Shown here piece by piece: positions 60,392 to 64,000 of a stretch of 64,000 nucleotides of DNA (the stretch's first letter is position 1; every line of letters starts with the position of its first letter). A model generated the notes under the pieces. The model did no database searches, was not told the origin of the DNA, and saw only the letters and a program-made list of their open reading frames with translations. The DNA is taken from contig JANQOX010000026.1 in NCBI GenBank assembly GCA_028285625.1, forward strand, positions 17,825 through 81,824, in the 5' to 3' direction. Source of the stretch: Myxococcota bacterium (GTDB lineage Bacteria; Myxococcota_A; UBA9160; UBA6930). Both the position numbers and the translations under genes were made by a program.

Positions 60392-62257
60392 GTGCGAAAG
60401 GGGATGTCCTTCCTCCGCCGTCAGTTCGAGTCCGTGAACCGCATCTTCGACCTGGGCATCGACCCGGACGAGGTCGGGGCCGAGGTCCATCGGCGGGTCC
60501 GGCTGGTCTCGATCGCCACCCTGGCCATGTTCCTGGTCGGGTTCCCGGCACTCCTGCAATGGGTGGTGCTCGACGTGCCCGCCATGGTCGTGGGTGTGGC
60601 GGTCACCATCGCCGCCGCGGCCGGCAACCTGGTTCTGCTGCGCAAGACGCGCCAGCCCCGCCTGGCCGGGCACCTGGCCCTCGTCTGCCTGGCCTCCCTC
60701 CTCATCTTTTCGCAGTTCGTGGCCGGCGGCTTCTACGACCCCGACTTCGCGTGGTTCTACCTGCTGCCGCTTGGCGCCGCGGTGGTCGTGGGGCTTCGCG
60801 GCGCCTGGACGTGGACGGCGGTGACCCTGGCGATCACGCTCGCCTTCTGGTCGCTGCCGATGCACGGCGTCGAGTTCGAGTCCGCGGTGCCCGCCGAGCT
60901 GCAGCCGCTTGCGGGACTCTTCAACCGCGTGACCGCGATCCTGGGCGTGGCGATCATCGCCACCAGCTTCGTGTTCACCGAACGGCGCGCCGAGCGCGAG
61001 CTGCAGCTGCGCAACCTCGAGATCGAGCGCGAAGTGGGCTTCGTGCAACTGCTCCGCCATGCGGCCGAGTGTGCGAACCAGTCGACCCACTTCGAGTCGG
61101 CGCTCCACGCGGGGCTGGACCGGATCTGCGAGGTCATGGATTGGCCGGTGGGCCAACTGCAGATGGTGGGCGACGAGGGCGAGCTCATCCCCACGGCCAT
61201 CCACCACATCGAGCGACCGCAGGATTTCGCCGAGCTCGCCGAGGCGTCACACGGCAGGCCTTGGCGCCCGGACGGCCTCTCCGGCCGTGTCGTTCGGCAG
61301 GGGCACGCCGATTCCGCGGACCTGCGCCTGGAGGGATCCCAGCTCTCGGCCATCTGTACGTCGCTCGGGCTGCGCACGGGCTACGCCGTGCCGGTTCCGG
61401 TCCACGGCAAGGTGAAGGCGGTCCTCGGCTTCGCGAGCAGCCGACCGCCCGGCAACGACGGGCTGCTGCTCGAGGTGTTGAGCGACGTCGGCGCCCAGCT
61501 GGGCCTGGTGGCCGAACGCGCCGCCCTGCAAGAGCGGCTGCAGCAGGCCCAGAAGATGGAGGCGGTGGGCCAGCTCGCCGCCGGCATCGCCCACGAGATC
61601 AACAACCCCATGTCCTACGTGCGCAGCAACCTGAACCATCTGCGCGAGCACTGCGGCGCCGTGGGAGAAGCGGTGAAGGAGCGCCCGGAAGAGGTGCCGG
61701 CGCTGCTCGAAGAGTGCCAGGAGCTCTTCGAGGAGTGCCAGCAGGGCGTCGAACGCACCATCGCCATCGTGCGGGACGTCCGCGACTTCTCCCGCGCGGG
61801 CCACAACGAACGCGAGCCGGTGGACCTGGCCGCCGTCGTGGATGGCGCCGTGCGCGTGGCCGCGGCCCACGCCCCCCCCGGTGTGACCGTCGAGCAGGAC
61901 CTGCGCGAGAGCCCGCCGCTTCAGGGCTCGGGCAACCGGCTGCGGCAGGTGATCGTGAACCTCGTGGTGAACGCGATCCACGCCGTGGGCGACACGGGCA
62001 CCGTGCGCGTGACGAGCAAACGTGAAGCCGGCGAGGCGGTGGTGTCGGTCGCCGACGATGGGCCCGGCATCGACGCCGCCACGCGCGAGCGGCTGTTCGA
62101 GCCGTTCTTCACCACCAAGCCCGTGGGCAAGGGTACGGGCCTGGGCCTCTACGTGTCCTACGAAATCGTGCAGAACCACGGCGGCGAGCTCCGCGTGGTC
62201 TCCGAACCGGGCCAGGGCGCCACGTTCGAAATGCGCGTCCCGCTCGAGCCGGCCTAG
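60392..62257 (+). CDS. membrane sensor histidine kinase with GAF-like domain (no adjacent response regulator)
   Basis: 621 aa. N-terminal TM bundle. The H-box is GIAHEINNP, the N-box is VNLVVNAIHA, G1 is DDGPGI and G2 is GTGLGL. The start is GTG 60392 or ATG 60404. Confidence 0.9.
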   Translation: MRKGMSFLRRQFESVNRIFDLGIDPDEVGAEVHRRVRLVSIATLAMFLVGFPALLQWVVLDVPAMVVGVAVTIAAAAGNLVLLRKTRQPRLAGHLALVCLASLLIFSQFVAGGFYDPDFAWFYLLPLGAAVVVGLRGAWTWTAVTLAITLAFWSLPMHGVEFESAVPAELQPLAGLFNRVTAILGVAIIATSFVFTERRAERELQLRNLEIEREVGFVQLLRHAAECANQSTHFESALHAGLDRICEVMDWPVGQLQMVGDEGELIPTAIHHIERPQDFAELAEASHGRPWRPDGLSGRVVRQGHADSADLRLEGSQLSAICTSLGLRTGYAVPVPVHGKVKAVLGFASSRPPGNDGLLLEVLSDVGAQLGLVAERAALQERLQQAQKMEAVGQLAAGIAHEINNPMSYVRSNLNHLREHCGAVGEAVKERPEEVPALLEECQELFEECQQGVERTIAIVRDVRDFSRAGHNEREPVDLAAVVDGAVRVAAAHAPPGVTVEQDLRESPPLQGSGNRLRQVIVNLVVNAIHAVGDTGTVRVTSKREAGEAVVSVADDGPGIDAATRERLFEPFFTTKPVGKGTGLGLYVSYEIVQNHGGELRVVSEPGQGATFEMRVPLEPA

Positions 62258-62355
62258 CCGTCGGCGCGCGGCGATCCGTGGCTTCGCCACGCCCGCCGGC
62301 CTCGCAGCGCCCAGACACCGATCGGCACCAGCGCCTCGATGCCCAACAGCCCGCA
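62254..62355 (-). other. C-terminal sorting-signal-like tail, second copy of the CGLLG[LI]E motif
   Basis: CGLLGIEALVPIGVWALRGRRAWRSHGSPRADG then stop, against CGLLGLEPLVLLAPWLARRWRRRD at 34922..34996. Confidence 0.7.
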
Positions 62356-63996
62356 CTTCTCGCGCTCGTTCACCCAGATGTAGCCGCCGGCGGGCGCGTC
62401 GGATCGGACCACGGTGGTCCCCGTGGCCGGAAAGAACACCTCGACGCGGTCGACTGCCGACACGCCCGGCGGAAGGCCGAAGTGGGCCTCGATCTCACTC
62501 TGGCCGAGAAAGTGGGAGCCCACGCCGATCTCGCGCACCTGGGGCACGGACGTCTCGGTCACGAACACCGACACACGCGCCCCGTACCCGTCCCGGTTGG
62601 TGCCGCCGTTGCCCCGCACGTGCACACGCAGATGACGGGTCGGGTCGGGGGGCAGATCGTTGCGGTACAGGCGCGGCCCGCCGGCGTTGTTCACGACGAA
62701 GAGATCGAGGTCACCGTCGCGATCGTAGTCGAAGACCAGCAGGCCCTTGCCCGACGCCGTGTCCCCCACGCCGGAGGTCGCCGAGACCTCGGTCATGCGG
62801 CCGGTCCCGTCGTTCTCCCACAGGCGCATGGGGTCGGTGACGTAGCGATCCTCCCAGGGAACCCCCGGGAAGTCGACCCCGTTGGTCATCACCAGATCGA
62901 GGTCGGTGTCGTTGTCCATGTCGAAGAAGGCCGCACCCCAGCCCCAGCCGCCGTCGCGCACGCCGGCGAAGTCGGTGGCGTCGGTGAAGACGCGCCCTCC
63001 GTCGTTTCGGAAGAGCCGGTTGCCCGAGGGGCCCCATCCACACTGCTCGATGGAGCAGGTGTCGAAGGGGTCGAAGATCGAGGTGACGAACCAGTCGAGA
63101 TCGCCGTCGCCGTCGAAGTCTCCAAAGGTCGACCCCATGCCGTTCTCATCGGTCCCCACGCCCGCGGCGATCGTGCCGTCCGTGAACCCGCCCGCGCCGT
63201 CGTTCCAGAAGAGCCGGCTGCTGCCGAAGTCGGCGGCGATCGCGAGGTCCTGGTGGCCATCGTCGTCGAGGTCCACGAAGGCCGGGGCGAAGCCGTCGAC
63301 GTCGGGGTCGTCCACCCCCGCGAGCTCGGTCACGTCTTCGAAGAAGCCGGGTGCCTCGTCGCCGCGGTTGCGCAACAGGCGCGCATGGGCCGAGAACCCC
63401 CACTCGACCACCTTCAGGTCGAGCCAACCGTCGCGATCGAAGTCACCGAAGGCCGCCGAGTAGGTCAAGCGGGCACCGGGCGCCTGCATGGCGGCGCCGC
63501 GCGCGACCGCCTCCTCGGTGAAGTGCCCCTGCCCATCGTTGATGAACAGCAGGTTCTGATCGTTCACCGCATCGCCGCCGACCCCGATCACGGTGACCAG
63601 GAGATCCTGATCGCCATCGTTGTCGATGTCGCCGAAGAGTGCCCCGTTGCCCTGGATGTCGAAGGCCCCAATCCCGGATGCGGCGGAGATGTCCTCGAAC
63701 GTTCCATCGCCCCGGTTGCGCAGCAGCACGCTCGGGCCGTCGAGACGCGTGACCAGCAGGTCGATCCACCGGTCGCCATCGACGTCCGCCACCGCCGCGC
63801 CGCCCGTCATCCGATCGACCTCGCACCCCGGCGTGAGGCAGCTGCTCACCTCCGCGGGCGGCGCGTGCTGGAGATAGTCCACCCCCGCAGCCAGGGTCAC
63901 GTCCGTGAACGTCGTCCCGGACCAGGCGGGGCCCGAGAAGGCCAGGGTCAGCAGGCAGCCCAGCGTGAGCAAGCAACAGCAGCGGTTCCAGCGCAT
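62254..63996 (-). CDS. CRTAC1-family protein (FG-GAP/VCBS repeats plus ASPIC/UnbV domain) with Cys-TM-Arg C-terminal tail
   Basis: 580 aa with a signal peptide. Repeated DxDxDGxxD(L/I) FG-GAP motifs. The UnbV-like region is ...NRDGYGARVSVF...GSHFLGQSE..HFGL... The tail is CGLLGIEALVPIGVWALRGRRAWR. Confidence 0.88.
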   Translation of the reverse strand: MRWNRCCCLLTLGCLLTLAFSGPAWSGTTFTDVTLAAGVDYLQHAPPAEVSSCLTPGCEVDRMTGGAAVADVDGDRWIDLLVTRLDGPSVLLRNRGDGTFEDISAASGIGAFDIQGNGALFGDIDNDGDQDLLVTVIGVGGDAVNDQNLLFINDGQGHFTEEAVARGAAMQAPGARLTYSAAFGDFDRDGWLDLKVVEWGFSAHARLLRNRGDEAPGFFEDVTELAGVDDPDVDGFAPAFVDLDDDGHQDLAIAADFGSSRLFWNDGAGGFTDGTIAAGVGTDENGMGSTFGDFDGDGDLDWFVTSIFDPFDTCSIEQCGWGPSGNRLFRNDGGRVFTDATDFAGVRDGGWGWGAAFFDMDNDTDLDLVMTNGVDFPGVPWEDRYVTDPMRLWENDGTGRMTEVSATSGVGDTASGKGLLVFDYDRDGDLDLFVVNNAGGPRLYRNDLPPDPTRHLRVHVRGNGGTNRDGYGARVSVFVTETSVPQVREIGVGSHFLGQSEIEAHFGLPPGVSAVDRVEVFFPATGTTVVRSDAPAGGYIWVNEREKCGLLGIEALVPIGVWALRGRRAWRSHGSPRADG

Positions 63997-64000
63997 CGGT

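Overview
Very GC-rich (by eye about 70% G+C, not computed), gene-dense chromosomal segment. Lnt, lipobox lipoproteins, a cis/trans fatty-acid isomerase and PEP-CTERM-type tails point to a diderm bacterium, but I cannot place it taxonomically from sequence alone. I call 48 protein-coding genes; the first runs off the left edge. Most are ordinary metabolism, transport and envelope functions. I found no rRNA, tRNA, CRISPR array, transposase or integrase. All intergenic gaps are shorter than 350 nt. Many of the longest ORFs in the six-frame track (up to 1513 aa) are antisense artefacts of high GC content, and I rejected them. Start codons are less certain than stops: several tracked ORFs were trimmed to internal starts with an RBS or a 4-nt stop/start overlap. 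Items worth a second look: (1) two peroxiredoxin genes that the ORF track splits at an in-frame TGA sitting exactly at the peroxidatic-Cys codon, each followed 8 nt later by a hairpin, so they are predicted selenoproteins; (2) a zinc-finger plus bacterial histone-fold protein; (3) a eukaryote-type bifunctional PFK-2/FBPase-2; (4) a 1554-aa protein with two cyclase/P-loop modules in tandem; (5) a 1681-aa secreted protein with TSP3 and dockerin-like repeats, next to a cohesin-like PEP-CTERM protein, whose Cys-TM-Arg tail (CGLLG[LI]E) recurs on an unrelated protein 27 kb away; (6) an orphan coiled-coil protein with a PD-(D/E)xK-like core; (7) a translationally coupled cytochrome c / serine hydrolase / DUF1028 operon. 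All family assignments rest on motifs read from the translations. No database search was run.
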